This document shows positions 40,094 to 50,190 of a stretch of 64,000 nt of DNA, in pieces. Position 1 is the first letter of the stretch. Every line of letters starts with the position of its first letter. The position numbers and the translations under genes are program-made. The notes beneath the pieces are model-generated. The model ran no database searches, had not been told where the DNA came from, and saw only the letters and a list, made by a program, of their open reading frames with translations. Source of the stretch: a virus; the IMG/VR virus record IMGVR_UViG_3300031957_001682, positions 1-64,000 of that record; one strand, 5' to 3'.

Positions 40094-40420
40094 TCAAGAG
40101 CGGCGACCAATTGCGATGAATGTACCTGCTTTGACAGGGAAACCACCGTTGCCAGCGGCAATGAGTAGGGAAGTACCGTTGATAAGACACAAGTTGTTGA
40201 AGTGAACATCTTGTGCATCAGCCGCACCGCCTGTGTCAGTGATTCCCACTGCTGAAAGCGCACCAGTACCGTTAGTGCCAGCAAAGTCAATGCTTGCGAG
40301 TTGAGAACTCAAATCAATAGTGAGTGTTCCTGTGTCACCTGCGGTATAACTACCTGTGATAATCATTCGGTCACCGAAAACGGTTGGTCTTGGGTCAATT
40401 GTTGCTGTGCTTGCCGCCAT
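40094..40420 (-). CDS. putative capsid decoration protein
   Basis: 108 aa, G/A/T-rich beta protein downstream of MCP; GGAGA SD. Confidence 0.5.
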   Translation of the reverse strand: MAASTATIDPRPTVFGDRMIITGSYTAGDTGTLTIDLSSQLASIDFAGTNGTGALSAVGITDTGGAADAQDVHFNNLCLINGTSLLIAAGNGGFPVKAGTFIAIGRRS

Positions 40421-40800
40421 TATTGTTCATCTCCTGTTGTTTCTTCGCTGGGTTCAACTTCACTTAAAGATTCCTCAACCGGTGTAGGGTTCAAATGTTC
40501 CTCAACCAGTTTGAGTGCGGCTGTCTTTGTGAGATAGCCAGCACCCATAGGTACTTCTTGTGCTTTTAGCCAAGCAAGAATGTCTTTGCGACTCCAACCC
40601 GTGTCGGGCAAGCCGTCATTGTCTGCATCTATGGTAATACCATTATCACCTTCAATCAAGAAGCGTGATGCGGGTAGTGTGTGTCGCCACTCGTCAAGCC
40701 AATGTTGACTTACTTCAACAACTTCACCACGAGTCCACATACCCATTGTATGTCGCATTGGGCGTTCAAAGAACGGTCCTAAAAAGGTCACAGTAGGCAT
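40420..40800 (-). CDS. hypothetical protein with HeH/SAP-like helical motif
   Basis: WSRKDILAWLK...TKTAALKLV; GAGGTGG SD. Confidence 0.55.
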   Translation of the reverse strand: MPTVTFLGPFFERPMRHTMGMWTRGEVVEVSQHWLDEWRHTLPASRFLIEGDNGITIDADNDGLPDTGWSRKDILAWLKAQEVPMGAGYLTKTAALKLVEEHLNPTPVEESLSEVEPSEETTGDEQ

Positions 40801-40810
40801 TTAGCCCACC

Positions 40811-41440
40811 TCAAACAACGAGCATCATCAAGACGACTGATTCAGTGCCACCGCTCACATTCTTCAAGATGAGTGGTGTTCGCTTGTAAAGTTCTGTGTT
40901 GTCGTTGGTTTGCACTGGTGTGTTGCCAGTGAGTGTAATCGAAGTTGCTGTGAGTTCCTTGATAGTACCAAGATGCGCCCCCTCAAGAGTGGTGATAACA
41001 TCACCAGCACTGAATTGAGTGGTTGCATCAACAGTATCAACGGTAGCGACACTTTGACTTGTCAAAAAGTGTGAGCCATCGTTAATCAAAACACCTGTTG
41101 CAACGGATTGCATCATCAATGGGTCGAGTGAAGCACTGTCACCCAACCATTGGCAACTTGTGTGAACAATGTCACTGCAAGAACCGGAAAGGGTAAGAGT
41201 TGCGTTGTCAGTAGCGTTTGACCACTTAGCGACAATCAATCGTGGGTTGTGAACTTGGCCGGAACCATCGGAGTTCGATGCTTGGAAACCGGTAATGCTA
41301 CCGGGGTATGTTCCGTTAAAGCCGTCAAGCCACTTTGTTTTGTCTTGGTCAACACCGCCCTGCAAGGGTAGGTCCATCATTACATGGATTTCGCCCGCAG
41401 ATGGTGTGTATGTCAAATTTCGGTATGTAATTGCTGCCAT
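40811..41440 (-). CDS. putative capsid cement/decoration protein
   Basis: Directly downstream of MCP; shares its upstream translation element; beta-rich. Confidence 0.55.
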   Translation of the reverse strand: MAAITYRNLTYTPSAGEIHVMMDLPLQGGVDQDKTKWLDGFNGTYPGSITGFQASNSDGSGQVHNPRLIVAKWSNATDNATLTLSGSCSDIVHTSCQWLGDSASLDPLMMQSVATGVLINDGSHFLTSQSVATVDTVDATTQFSAGDVITTLEGAHLGTIKELTATSITLTGNTPVQTNDNTELYKRTPLILKNVSGGTESVVLMMLVV

Positions 41441-41476
41441 ATTATGTCATCTCCATTATTTTTTTCTCATCCACCA

Positions 41477-42577
41477 TCACTTAAGGTCACGAATTGAAGC
41501 GTGTCCTCCGAAGAAAGTCGTCCATAGTTCTCCCATAGTTCGGTACATTCCTTCTTGTCCAAGACGGTTGATTGCGAATGGGTCACCAGTTTCAATACCA
41601 CTCTCGAAGTATTGGGTCGGGATAGCGGTTGAGAAGTACAAGTAGTCCGTATCAAGGAAGTACATGCGGCTCAAGGTGTCTGCTTGAACATCCTTAGATG
41701 GGATGATTGGGACACCGTTGTAGGTAGCGACGATGAATCCGGCTTCGATACCGGGAACACCCTTCACACCGTTGTAGGTAGGAGTGATTCGCTTCTCTTC
41801 CATGAATCGCTGTTGCGACTGTAGGAGTTGTTGAAGGCGCATCAAAGTGTCATATCCTGTAAGGATGACCTTTGGGTTGCCACCACGAGTCCAGCACTTT
41901 TGGAAGATGGTGTCCAAGTGGTCGAGGGAAAGAGTTCGGTCAGTACCGGAGTTCTCATCGTGTTCTGCAAGGGACCAAGAGTTTGCACTTCGGTCGATTG
42001 AGTAAATGTCTTCGTTAGCGGAAGCAGATGCACCGGTTGTGATTCGGTCAAGTGACTCGAAATCGTTGCCAGCGGCGGTAGCCTTGTCAACAAGAAGCAT
42101 CTTGTTGATATGCTCGGCGTGGTGCTTACCCATTTCTTCCTTGAGGATTGAGCGAATGTCGCCCAGTCCGTCATCCTTGTCAGCAAGGAACATTGCGGTT
42201 TCGCTCATGTCGAAGGTGTGAACCACAGTCTTCGGCTTTGCGGCAATGTGTTGGAAGGTAGGCTTGGTGGTGTCCGGTAGGGTTGCGTTTTCTGCAACAC
42301 CGCCGCCAACAGTAAACGAAGGTCGTGCAGTGATGACTCGCCATCCACTGCGTTCCCACGGTCGCTTTGGTAGGATTGAAAAGGCGTTGAACTCTTGGTT
42401 CAATTGGGACCAAACTTTGCGACCATAAATCGCTTGGTAAGTACCAGCAGTTGTGGACAGCATAGGGCTGTCAGCCTTGAGCAACTCACTACCGGAGTAG
42501 GAATAGCCCATTGCGTTCCCTGCGCCGTAGTAGTATCGTTCCATGTCAGTTACGCTTCGGATATAATCTCGTGCCAT
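41477..42577 (-). CDS. major capsid protein (HK97 fold)
   Basis: Follows protease; AIYGRKVWSQLN, GGVAENA, FIVATYNGVPII, YFLDTD; C-rich high-expression codon usage. Confidence 0.88.
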   Translation of the reverse strand: MARDYIRSVTDMERYYYGAGNAMGYSYSGSELLKADSPMLSTTAGTYQAIYGRKVWSQLNQEFNAFSILPKRPWERSGWRVITARPSFTVGGGVAENATLPDTTKPTFQHIAAKPKTVVHTFDMSETAMFLADKDDGLGDIRSILKEEMGKHHAEHINKMLLVDKATAAGNDFESLDRITTGASASANEDIYSIDRSANSWSLAEHDENSGTDRTLSLDHLDTIFQKCWTRGGNPKVILTGYDTLMRLQQLLQSQQRFMEEKRITPTYNGVKGVPGIEAGFIVATYNGVPIIPSKDVQADTLSRMYFLDTDYLYFSTAIPTQYFESGIETGDPFAINRLGQEGMYRTMGELWTTFFGGHASIRDLK

Positions 42578-42608
42578 ATATTTCACTCTCCATTATTTTT
42601 TTTGTTTT

Positions 42609-44024
42609 TCAAGCCCCTCGTGTTACCGATGCGGCGAGATTGTGTACTTCATCCCAAGACATGTTGCCCAAGTCTTGTGTGGATGGGACTTCAACATTAG
42701 ATGTGGAAGCCGACTTTTGAATTGATGTGCCGGAAATGGCGATGTTGTCAATTCGCTCACTTAGAGCGTTGATGGACTTCATCACTTCATTGATTGGGGC
42801 ACGAGCATCGAACTCGGCTTTTTCAGCCTCATGCTTTGCGATTGCCATTTCTTTGCTCAATCGGTTAGAGAATTGAGATTCAAGGTCACCACGGAATCCT
42901 TGTTCCAATGCGGCGGCTTTGTACACTTCGTATGCGGCTTCAATATCACTTGAAGAAACATTGCTGTGGTTAAGGTAGCCCTTGCTCATCGAAACAGGTC
43001 CGAGTGCGCCGGATGGGGTCTTACCACCGGATGAGGTGATAGCGTTAATTGCACCAGTGGAAGGTGAACCGTTTTCTTGTCCACGGCCACGGACTTGACC
43101 AGCAAAGTAGTCAGCACCGTCAACAGCGTCGGGATTGTCAAAGCCACCAAGTTGTGCCTTCTCCAAGTTGTCGAAGTGAGAGCGTGCTTGCATTGTGTCA
43201 ACACCAGCAGATTTGAGGGTGTCTTCCATCCAGTTCAAGTATTCAGCGGTGATTACATCGCTGTATTCACTCTTTGCGTAGTTCATCTTATCATCATCAT
43301 TAGTCATAGGTTCATCATCCTTTTTGTCTTCGTCTTTTTTGTCAGCGAATGGGTTTTTAGATTCTTTCTTTTCCTCTTTGGGGTCGGAATCATCTTTTTT
43401 GTCGTTCATGTGTTCTTTGAGGCCGGGGGGCATTTCGCCTTTTTCCATTGCGTCAAGTCGGGCTTCGAGTCTGCTCATAACATTGTTTAAGTCATTTTCT
43501 GTGGTCATGTTGGTGTCCTCCTTTAGAATGCGAAATTGTGCTTCGGGGTTAATTCCTTTTTCACAAATCGTAATCTCATGTAGTTCCATCTTACTAATTT
43601 CTTGGTAATCTCCATGTTCTCCATCGGACTTTCGCACTCTTTTGAACGCTTGTCCTCCAATGGAAAATCCTTGCAAATTACCCTTACGGATTTCTGCGGC
43701 CACTTCACGAGCCTTTTCAATGTCGTTGCGAAGTGAAACAACCACAAACATACCAGTATCGTCAACTTCGGATTTCCACATCCTTCCGTTTGAGTCAACA
43801 TAGGAGTCAATAACTTCTCCCACTTGAATGTTAGAGTGAGCGAGTTGCACATTGCGGAACTTGTCACTCTTCATAAATCCGCCAAAAGCATCCTTTAGTG
43901 CTGAACGGGTAATGAGGTCGCCTTGCTTGTCCACCAGTTCAACTGATGCGTAGCCAGCGATAACCATGTCGGAACTGCCCTTGATGAGAGCAATGCCGGA
44001 GGTAGGTCGCTTGAGGGACAACAT
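42609..44024 (-). CDS. prohead protease (HK97-type) fused to scaffold domain
   Basis: IAGYAS..VDKQGD, catalytic H (LAHS), GFSIGG (Ser), LHEITI...INPEA; acidic coiled-coil C-terminus; GGAGGGT SD before ATG 44024. Confidence 0.9.
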   Translation of the reverse strand: MLSLKRPTSGIALIKGSSDMVIAGYASVELVDKQGDLITRSALKDAFGGFMKSDKFRNVQLAHSNIQVGEVIDSYVDSNGRMWKSEVDDTGMFVVVSLRNDIEKAREVAAEIRKGNLQGFSIGGQAFKRVRKSDGEHGDYQEISKMELHEITICEKGINPEAQFRILKEDTNMTTENDLNNVMSRLEARLDAMEKGEMPPGLKEHMNDKKDDSDPKEEKKESKNPFADKKDEDKKDDEPMTNDDDKMNYAKSEYSDVITAEYLNWMEDTLKSAGVDTMQARSHFDNLEKAQLGGFDNPDAVDGADYFAGQVRGRGQENGSPSTGAINAITSSGGKTPSGALGPVSMSKGYLNHSNVSSSDIEAAYEVYKAAALEQGFRGDLESQFSNRLSKEMAIAKHEAEKAEFDARAPINEVMKSINALSERIDNIAISGTSIQKSASTSNVEVPSTQDLGNMSWDEVHNLAASVTRGA

Positions 44025-44045
44025 TACCCTCCGATTCATTGTCAT

Positions 44046-44055
44046 GGTATATAGA
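44046..44055 (-). promoter_or_regulatory. putative TATA box for the protease-capsid operon
   Basis: TCTATATACC on the - strand in the gap upstream of the protease start. Confidence 0.4.
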
Positions 44056-44064
44056 ATGATACTA

Positions 44065-47000
44065 TTACACTGAAAGAGTTGGAGTATCGTTTTCATCGTC
44101 ATAAACGATGGACTCGTCTTCATCGGTCTTCATTTCAATGTGTTTTATTGGCTTTTTCTTTTTTTCTGCGGAATCGGGTTTTATTTCCCCTTCATCCGGT
44201 CTTTTCTTTCCGTCATAATCCGGTAAGTTGCTTTCTTCGGTTAATTTTGTAGGACCGCTTGGAGATTCTATAGGTGTAGCCATATCAATTCCTAAGCCTC
44301 TCGGTCCAGTCCAAGTCAATTTTTCTTTAGCAAGTTGGTCTAAAGCCCTACTGATTACTTCAAGTGCCTTTTTTGTTGAAGGTTTAAGCAAACGATTGTC
44401 GTCTTTTTCATCCAACACCCCTGCCGATTGCTCATCTTGTTTTTTACGACTCGGTACATCTTTTTCATCCATTTCTAACTTCATAAGATGACCTTCAATC
44501 ATCAATGGAGCAACGGTATGCCAATACGGGTGAAGACTTTCTGCTAATGTAATTGAGTAATTTGACTTTCTCAAATCACCCAAAGCGGAAGAAGGTGTGT
44601 GTAAATACCAATTTTCTCCAATTCTTTCAACTTGATATGTCACTGTGTCGATATTTTTCAAAATTACTTGAATAGTATTGTTGTGATATTCTAAATCGTG
44701 TGGTATGAGTATAGGTGAAAATGATTTTGTAAGTAAGTCGAGGGATTCTGTGCTGGCCGCACCTTCACCTTCACCTTCACTTTCTATTTGTCCCACTTGT
44801 ACATTGTACACATCTCGACTTTTTCTTCGTTTTTTAGAAACACCAGTGATAGTTGCTCGAACAATATCGCCAACTTTGAATGCCTTTTGTTGATTGTGTG
44901 CTGTTCCTACATCCATGTAAAATTTGTTTTTATGTGTCACAGCCCGGTTGCCCAATGATTCACCATCAAGAATTGGACCAGCACCAAGTTGGTATGAGAA
45001 TGGACCATTACCCTTACGGTTAAGGATAATAAAATTGAAGTCACGAGTTTTACGCAGTAATAACCACTTTGGATGACGACGCTCTCCTTTCATGTATGTA
45101 GATTTGTTGTCACGCAGAAGTACAACTTTATGTTCATTCTGCAAAATTTTAACAGCATCTTCAAGTCCTTCTTCATCAGTCATTTTAGTGTCATGCGGGC
45201 CGGGAATAATGACATTTTCATGGCTATCAAACTGCCCTCTTAGCACTTTCATGCGTTCATGCATCAACATTTCACTCACATTAGTATCATCATAATTGAT
45301 AATGTCGATGATGTTCAAATCTTTTTCACCTACAATACCATCAATAACAAAATTATTGTCATTTAGTTCTGCAAGGCTTTCTTTGAAGGCTTTCTTCAAT
45401 CCTACTTTACGGCCATTCTCGTCGTAAGTGGTAATTTCATTGTCTTTTTGTACGATAATAACACGCTTACCATCGTACCATTTACTTACAACCCAAGAAC
45501 CACTGAACCCTCTTAAGTGTTCAAGGTCGCTTAAATCAAAGATACGATGCATGGGTCGTACAGGTGGAACCCATTCAGCATCACTACTCTTTGTTAAAAG
45601 AACATCCGGGTTCAAAAGAGAAGCAATATATTCTCCCATCTCCCCCAAAGCAATACGGTCTTCTGCTGTTTCGTAAGTTAATGGATTCATTGCTAAAGCC
45701 GGTGATGTGGCATTTTGTACTGGTATGCTTTCTAAACTTTGAAGCACTTGACTACCTACTTCTTTCCCGTGTAAACCAGTAATTGCATCTTGCCATGTAT
45801 TTTGAAACAACTTTGGTTCAGTAAAAGTTCCGACTATGGGTTCACCATCACTTGAAAAATCAATTCCAAATGTTGATTGTTGAGGATTAGCCACTGAATG
45901 TACTACACCGGCTCCGGTGTGTGTTGGAATAATACCATAGGTATCGGGGTTTATTCCACCTACAGGTACAGGTTCTTCATTAAAACCAACAGACAGTGTG
46001 GTTTTTTCTTGAGGTGCTATATTATCAATGTTAATTTGATTTTGATTCAAGGCAACAATACTATCAAGTCGGTTTTTTGAAGCACGAGTCTTGTATTTTT
46101 TCTCCCCCGAACCAACACCAAAACGATTGTGAATGTCAAATTGCTTACCACCAGCATCAAAGAACGATAAACCAGCAGGTGACATAAGTGAGTCATCGGC
46201 TACAGTGCGTACAACATTGCTTGTAATACTGTGAACTGGGTGTTGCTTCCATTTTTCGTGTTTTGGTTGTGCGTTTTCCATTGCAGTGTGGAAGCCTTCT
46301 TTTACACTGTCTTGTAAAAATTCATCATCACCAGCAAGGTGATGCAAAAAGAAATCATCATCAAATTTACCGCTTTCCATAAGTTGGCCCACGGTACTCA
46401 CATGCAAGGGTTGGTTTGTATTGTTAGATTCGTCAATTATTCGTTGAACATGTGAAGCCATGCGGTTTTTTTGTTCTGTGGTTTTTGGAGTAAGACCAAG
46501 ACCTTCTAAAACTTCATCGGTGTTCATAGTACCGTCAACGGTAAAAATTTCGTCACCTTGCAGGTGTTCGGTTATTTTTGGATGTACACCCTTTTGTCGT
46601 TGGGGTACTTTTTCAGTTGTATTACCAAAACGGTATGCTTGAGTTTTGATACCGTGTACATCATGCGGTACTATACCCAACATTCTTTCAGCCTCAAACA
46701 TCAGTCGATTGTGATTTGCAAGGAACTGTTGAGGGTCTGTTTTTGCTAATTCTTCACTAAAGTGATTTGGGTCATGTTCCAATACACGAGGTAGTAAAAA
46801 TTGTGCGGCTTGAAATACAGACTCACGGCTTGCTTTGAGTAAGTTATTGAAAACTTTAGCATCTGCCTCAACAGGATTGGTTTTACCAAGTGCCCTCTTT
46901 GCGGCTTTACCTTGTAGTTGATTAAGTTCAACTGTGAGTTCTTGTATTTCATTCATAATGCGCTTTGCCCCTTCGGGACTAAACTCTCCTTGTGCCGCAG

Positions 47001-50000
47001 GGTCATAGAGTGTTGATTGAAGTTTTTCAATTTCTGTACGAATATCTTCTTCTCTTTGAACAGAAGGGTACATACCACCCATTGATAACGCTCTATGAAT
47101 AGTGTGAGCATCAAATGGTAGTAGATTACCTTCCTTATCAAGAGTTTTAATTTTACTCTTGCCAGTCAAACTTTCTTTTATGTTTTCTTTTCTTTTTTCT
47201 TGTGCCAGTTCATAACGGTGGTTTGTCAGCCAGTTATGTAAACCTTCAATGTCGCCAGTATTGAGTGCTACATCTTGTTGAGTAAGAGCATCCTTAAGTT
47301 GTTGAAATTCTATGTTATTTTCATCGTCATCAATATCCCCATGAAGGTGATTAAAAACTTCGGTTGCTGAATTGTTGTTCAATTTTGCTAATGCAGTTAA
47401 AATCCTCATATTTTTAGCATCATCGGCGTTTCTAATGTACCGCTTAGTATGTGTAAACGATGGTTGTGTTTGCCCCATTCCTTGAAAATCTATGAAATCG
47501 TCATGGTCAGCACCATAAGTGACAGGTACATTTCCATCTTTTAATGCCTTGAGTTGTTCTATTGAAGTTTTGTTGGGTGCATGGGGTGAATTACTTCGAC
47601 CGAGCATAGTTTTGAGGTAATGTAGTTTTCTTTTCTTTGCTAATATAGGCGTATCACCGCTATGTGATGAATATGCTTGTTCGGGATGAGTAGTTTTCAT
47701 AGCGTTAGATGTAATGGATGGATGGAAATACCGTGTTTTAAATTTCTTCCTTTCTGCACTGTTCATATTCCTTATTGCATATTCTGTTTGAGGTGAAAGC
47801 GTTGTTTTATGAAGAGTCCAGTTATGTTTTTCACCTGCTAATGTTTTTGTAAATACATTGGCTGGTGAAAATATGTTTTCCAACAAAGTGCGTTTATCAC
47901 CTTTATCGAACTTTTTTGTGACCGGGTTCCAAGTACCAACAGGATTTGCTTTTCCAGTACCAAAATGTAATCCCAATGACATATTTTCGGGGTTTACATT
48001 TAATGGTTCATACTGTTTTGAACCTGTCATCGTATTAGTGTGCGGTATAGTTTCAAACATTGAAGAAAACTCCGGCATAGTATCGTCTTCCTTTATGCTT
48101 GAAGTTTGTACTGGTTTTTGACCTTCACCGGTAAAGGGGTTAAAAGGCTCATCAGCATCTATGGAAGCAGGTAATAGTTCATCGAGTGTTGATTGCATTC
48201 CGGGCGATAAACTGTGAATTATTTCGTTGTAAGCAGAATGAGTCATACCTGCTCCACCACCTACATCAAAACCTTGACTCCAAAATTTAGCCGGTCCTAC
48301 GGTGAAATTACCATTACCACCAAGTTGCCAGTGTTTGGGTACATCTTCATCGGGATGAGGGCCATGTGGGGATTGAAGGAAAGTAAGGTGTTCCCTCATT
48401 TCCTTTCCTCTTGATGCGATATTACCGCTTAATTTTGCTTCTTCTTCCATATTTTCTATGTCTTCTAATGGTATAATAGGACCATCCATGTTTCCGTAAA
48501 TAGGGTGTTTTAACAGTGGTTTACGGGTTTTAGGGTCATAACCGGCAAGGAAAAGAATATCTTCCATTGACATAAATGTTTCATGTGGACCTTGCATGAT
48601 ACTTTTCTTTTTTGGTCGATGGTTTCTTGATGATGCCCATAGACCCTTTACTCCATCTTTTGTTTCAAGAGGGTAAGATTCCGCCATGTCATTTTTGTCA
48701 AGATTCAATTTTGGTAAGAAACTGAATGGTTTACCTACCCACTCACCGTTTTGGTCTTCTTCGATACCATGAGCATCATGCAACGCTTCAATGATATAAT
48801 CAGCAATAGAACCAGTTGCTTCTTTTTTATCATCTAAAAGTTGGTATGTATGTACGCCTTCACCAAAGGCATTTTGCAAAAATCTGTTATTACCTTGACT
48901 ATAATCTTCCATACTTTCCATACGATGATGTGCATTAGCACCTCTATGTTCATCACCTCGTGTAGCCCAATTTAACTCCGGTGTACGACGAATTAAGTTA
49001 TTCCAAGCAATGCGAGCAGAAGGTATTGTTTCACCGTTAGGTAATTTTAGAAGAGGGCTTTTATCAAGACCACCTTCTTCATGTATTCGACGCATAACTG
49101 CTGTACGCTCAACAGGGTTTAGCCATTCAAGACCATACATGTACCCCTCATGACCAAGTGCTGATGGGTGTTTATCACCATTTTCATCAACAACATAACC
49201 GTCACTTACCCATTGCTTGGCTCTTGCTTCAAAATGAGCAACTCGCAAGCGATTCTCATTTTCTTCTGCCGAACGACCCTCGGAAAGATTTGCCTCATTC
49301 ATTTTGATAGCATCAATGTTATTTCGTTTCCATCGTTGATAATCTCGTTGATACAAGTCATCTTGATGAGAAACATTGCTACCATTTACTCGGATTGGTC
49401 CTAAAAGTGTTTTTTTGTTGTGACCAAAAATAAGTGGACTTTTGACCTTTTCAAGTTCATCGTGTAGTAAACCTTCCATTCGTGCTTCTTCTTTTGAGTG
49501 TCCGTTGAAAATGTGACTTCTAAACTTCTCAACAAAAGCCGGATAACCACTTGTGGAATTAGTATGCAATAAAGGATAAACGGAAGAATGGAATGGAAAA
49601 TGCATTTTTGTGTAGGGTGAGCCGGGTTCGGGGGTAAAAGAAGGCCATACAGCATGAGAATGCATTATGTCTTTTGCACCACGCAGACCTTTATTCCAAA
49701 TATGATTTGTAGGTTCATTGTAAATTTCTTGACGACCAAGAAGCATACCCGGTCCTTCTGCTACTCCCGCTTGGGTATTTACCGTAGCAATATCTTGACT
49801 TGCTATTTTTTCTCGTTGTGCGTCATCTTTGACAATCATTTCAGCACTGTATTTCAAAGTACGAAGAGTGTCATCGGTAGGTGCTTTTTCTAAAGACTCC
49901 CACGCTATAATGTATTCTGCGGCATTAAAGGCTAAATCCTTACCATCGGCTAATGACAAAAGAAAGTCATCTTTTACAATGTTGAAATTTTCTGCCACCA

Positions 50001-50001
50001 T
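44065..50001 (-). CDS. 1978-aa head-region protein with C-terminal ATP-dependent DNA ligase-like fold (catalytic motifs degenerate)
   Basis: WYDGKRV, VIDG, IIDII, ERMKVL, STYMKGER..WLLLR and OB-like VGT at about 44725-45585; the long N-terminal part is unrecognised. Confidence 0.75.
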   Translation of the reverse strand: MVAENFNIVKDDFLLSLADGKDLAFNAAEYIIAWESLEKAPTDDTLRTLKYSAEMIVKDDAQREKIASQDIATVNTQAGVAEGPGMLLGRQEIYNEPTNHIWNKGLRGAKDIMHSHAVWPSFTPEPGSPYTKMHFPFHSSVYPLLHTNSTSGYPAFVEKFRSHIFNGHSKEEARMEGLLHDELEKVKSPLIFGHNKKTLLGPIRVNGSNVSHQDDLYQRDYQRWKRNNIDAIKMNEANLSEGRSAEENENRLRVAHFEARAKQWVSDGYVVDENGDKHPSALGHEGYMYGLEWLNPVERTAVMRRIHEEGGLDKSPLLKLPNGETIPSARIAWNNLIRRTPELNWATRGDEHRGANAHHRMESMEDYSQGNNRFLQNAFGEGVHTYQLLDDKKEATGSIADYIIEALHDAHGIEEDQNGEWVGKPFSFLPKLNLDKNDMAESYPLETKDGVKGLWASSRNHRPKKKSIMQGPHETFMSMEDILFLAGYDPKTRKPLLKHPIYGNMDGPIIPLEDIENMEEEAKLSGNIASRGKEMREHLTFLQSPHGPHPDEDVPKHWQLGGNGNFTVGPAKFWSQGFDVGGGAGMTHSAYNEIIHSLSPGMQSTLDELLPASIDADEPFNPFTGEGQKPVQTSSIKEDDTMPEFSSMFETIPHTNTMTGSKQYEPLNVNPENMSLGLHFGTGKANPVGTWNPVTKKFDKGDKRTLLENIFSPANVFTKTLAGEKHNWTLHKTTLSPQTEYAIRNMNSAERKKFKTRYFHPSITSNAMKTTHPEQAYSSHSGDTPILAKKRKLHYLKTMLGRSNSPHAPNKTSIEQLKALKDGNVPVTYGADHDDFIDFQGMGQTQPSFTHTKRYIRNADDAKNMRILTALAKLNNNSATEVFNHLHGDIDDDENNIEFQQLKDALTQQDVALNTGDIEGLHNWLTNHRYELAQEKRKENIKESLTGKSKIKTLDKEGNLLPFDAHTIHRALSMGGMYPSVQREEDIRTEIEKLQSTLYDPAAQGEFSPEGAKRIMNEIQELTVELNQLQGKAAKRALGKTNPVEADAKVFNNLLKASRESVFQAAQFLLPRVLEHDPNHFSEELAKTDPQQFLANHNRLMFEAERMLGIVPHDVHGIKTQAYRFGNTTEKVPQRQKGVHPKITEHLQGDEIFTVDGTMNTDEVLEGLGLTPKTTEQKNRMASHVQRIIDESNNTNQPLHVSTVGQLMESGKFDDDFFLHHLAGDDEFLQDSVKEGFHTAMENAQPKHEKWKQHPVHSITSNVVRTVADDSLMSPAGLSFFDAGGKQFDIHNRFGVGSGEKKYKTRASKNRLDSIVALNQNQINIDNIAPQEKTTLSVGFNEEPVPVGGINPDTYGIIPTHTGAGVVHSVANPQQSTFGIDFSSDGEPIVGTFTEPKLFQNTWQDAITGLHGKEVGSQVLQSLESIPVQNATSPALAMNPLTYETAEDRIALGEMGEYIASLLNPDVLLTKSSDAEWVPPVRPMHRIFDLSDLEHLRGFSGSWVVSKWYDGKRVIIVQKDNEITTYDENGRKVGLKKAFKESLAELNDNNFVIDGIVGEKDLNIIDIINYDDTNVSEMLMHERMKVLRGQFDSHENVIIPGPHDTKMTDEEGLEDAVKILQNEHKVVLLRDNKSTYMKGERRHPKWLLLRKTRDFNFIILNRKGNGPFSYQLGAGPILDGESLGNRAVTHKNKFYMDVGTAHNQQKAFKVGDIVRATITGVSKKRRKSRDVYNVQVGQIESEGEGEGAASTESLDLLTKSFSPILIPHDLEYHNNTIQVILKNIDTVTYQVERIGENWYLHTPSSALGDLRKSNYSITLAESLHPYWHTVAPLMIEGHLMKLEMDEKDVPSRKKQDEQSAGVLDEKDDNRLLKPSTKKALEVISRALDQLAKEKLTWTGPRGLGIDMATPIESPSGPTKLTEESNLPDYDGKKRPDEGEIKPDSAEKKKKPIKHIEMKTDEDESIVYDDENDTPTLSV

Positions 50002-50013
50002 AATTTCACCGCC

Positions 50014-50181
50014 TCATTGTAGCGGTTGAAATTTAGGACAAGCAAAAATATCCATACCGGGATGTAATTTACAACCTTCTCGTGGATTACCCCCACAAGT
50101 TAGGCAAGTCATTGGTTTACCCTGCTCGACTTCTTCACGAACTGCCGCTTTGGGTGACTTGATTACCATGATGTAAGCCAT
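50014..50181 (-). CDS. 55-aa Cys-containing microprotein (not in ORF track)
   Basis: Manual translation MAYIMVIKSPKAAVREEVEQGKPMTCLTCGGNPREGCKLHPGMDIFACPKFQPLQ; fills the gap between neighbours. Confidence 0.65.
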   Translation of the reverse strand: MAYIMVIKSPKAAVREEVEQGKPMTCLTCGGNPREGCKLHPGMDIFACPKFQPLQ

Positions 50182-50190
50182 GTGACCACA

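Noticed and set aside
42609-44123. ORF-track 5' extensions of protease (44123), terminase (57606) and the 63060 ORF
   Set aside because: They overlap neighbouring genes; downstream ATGs at 44024 and 57555 have SD sites, and 62934 avoids overlap with the divergent gene
44065-50001. Annotation as an active replicative DNA ligase
   Set aside because: Canonical catalytic residues of motifs I, III, IV and V are substituted and the gene lies in the head module
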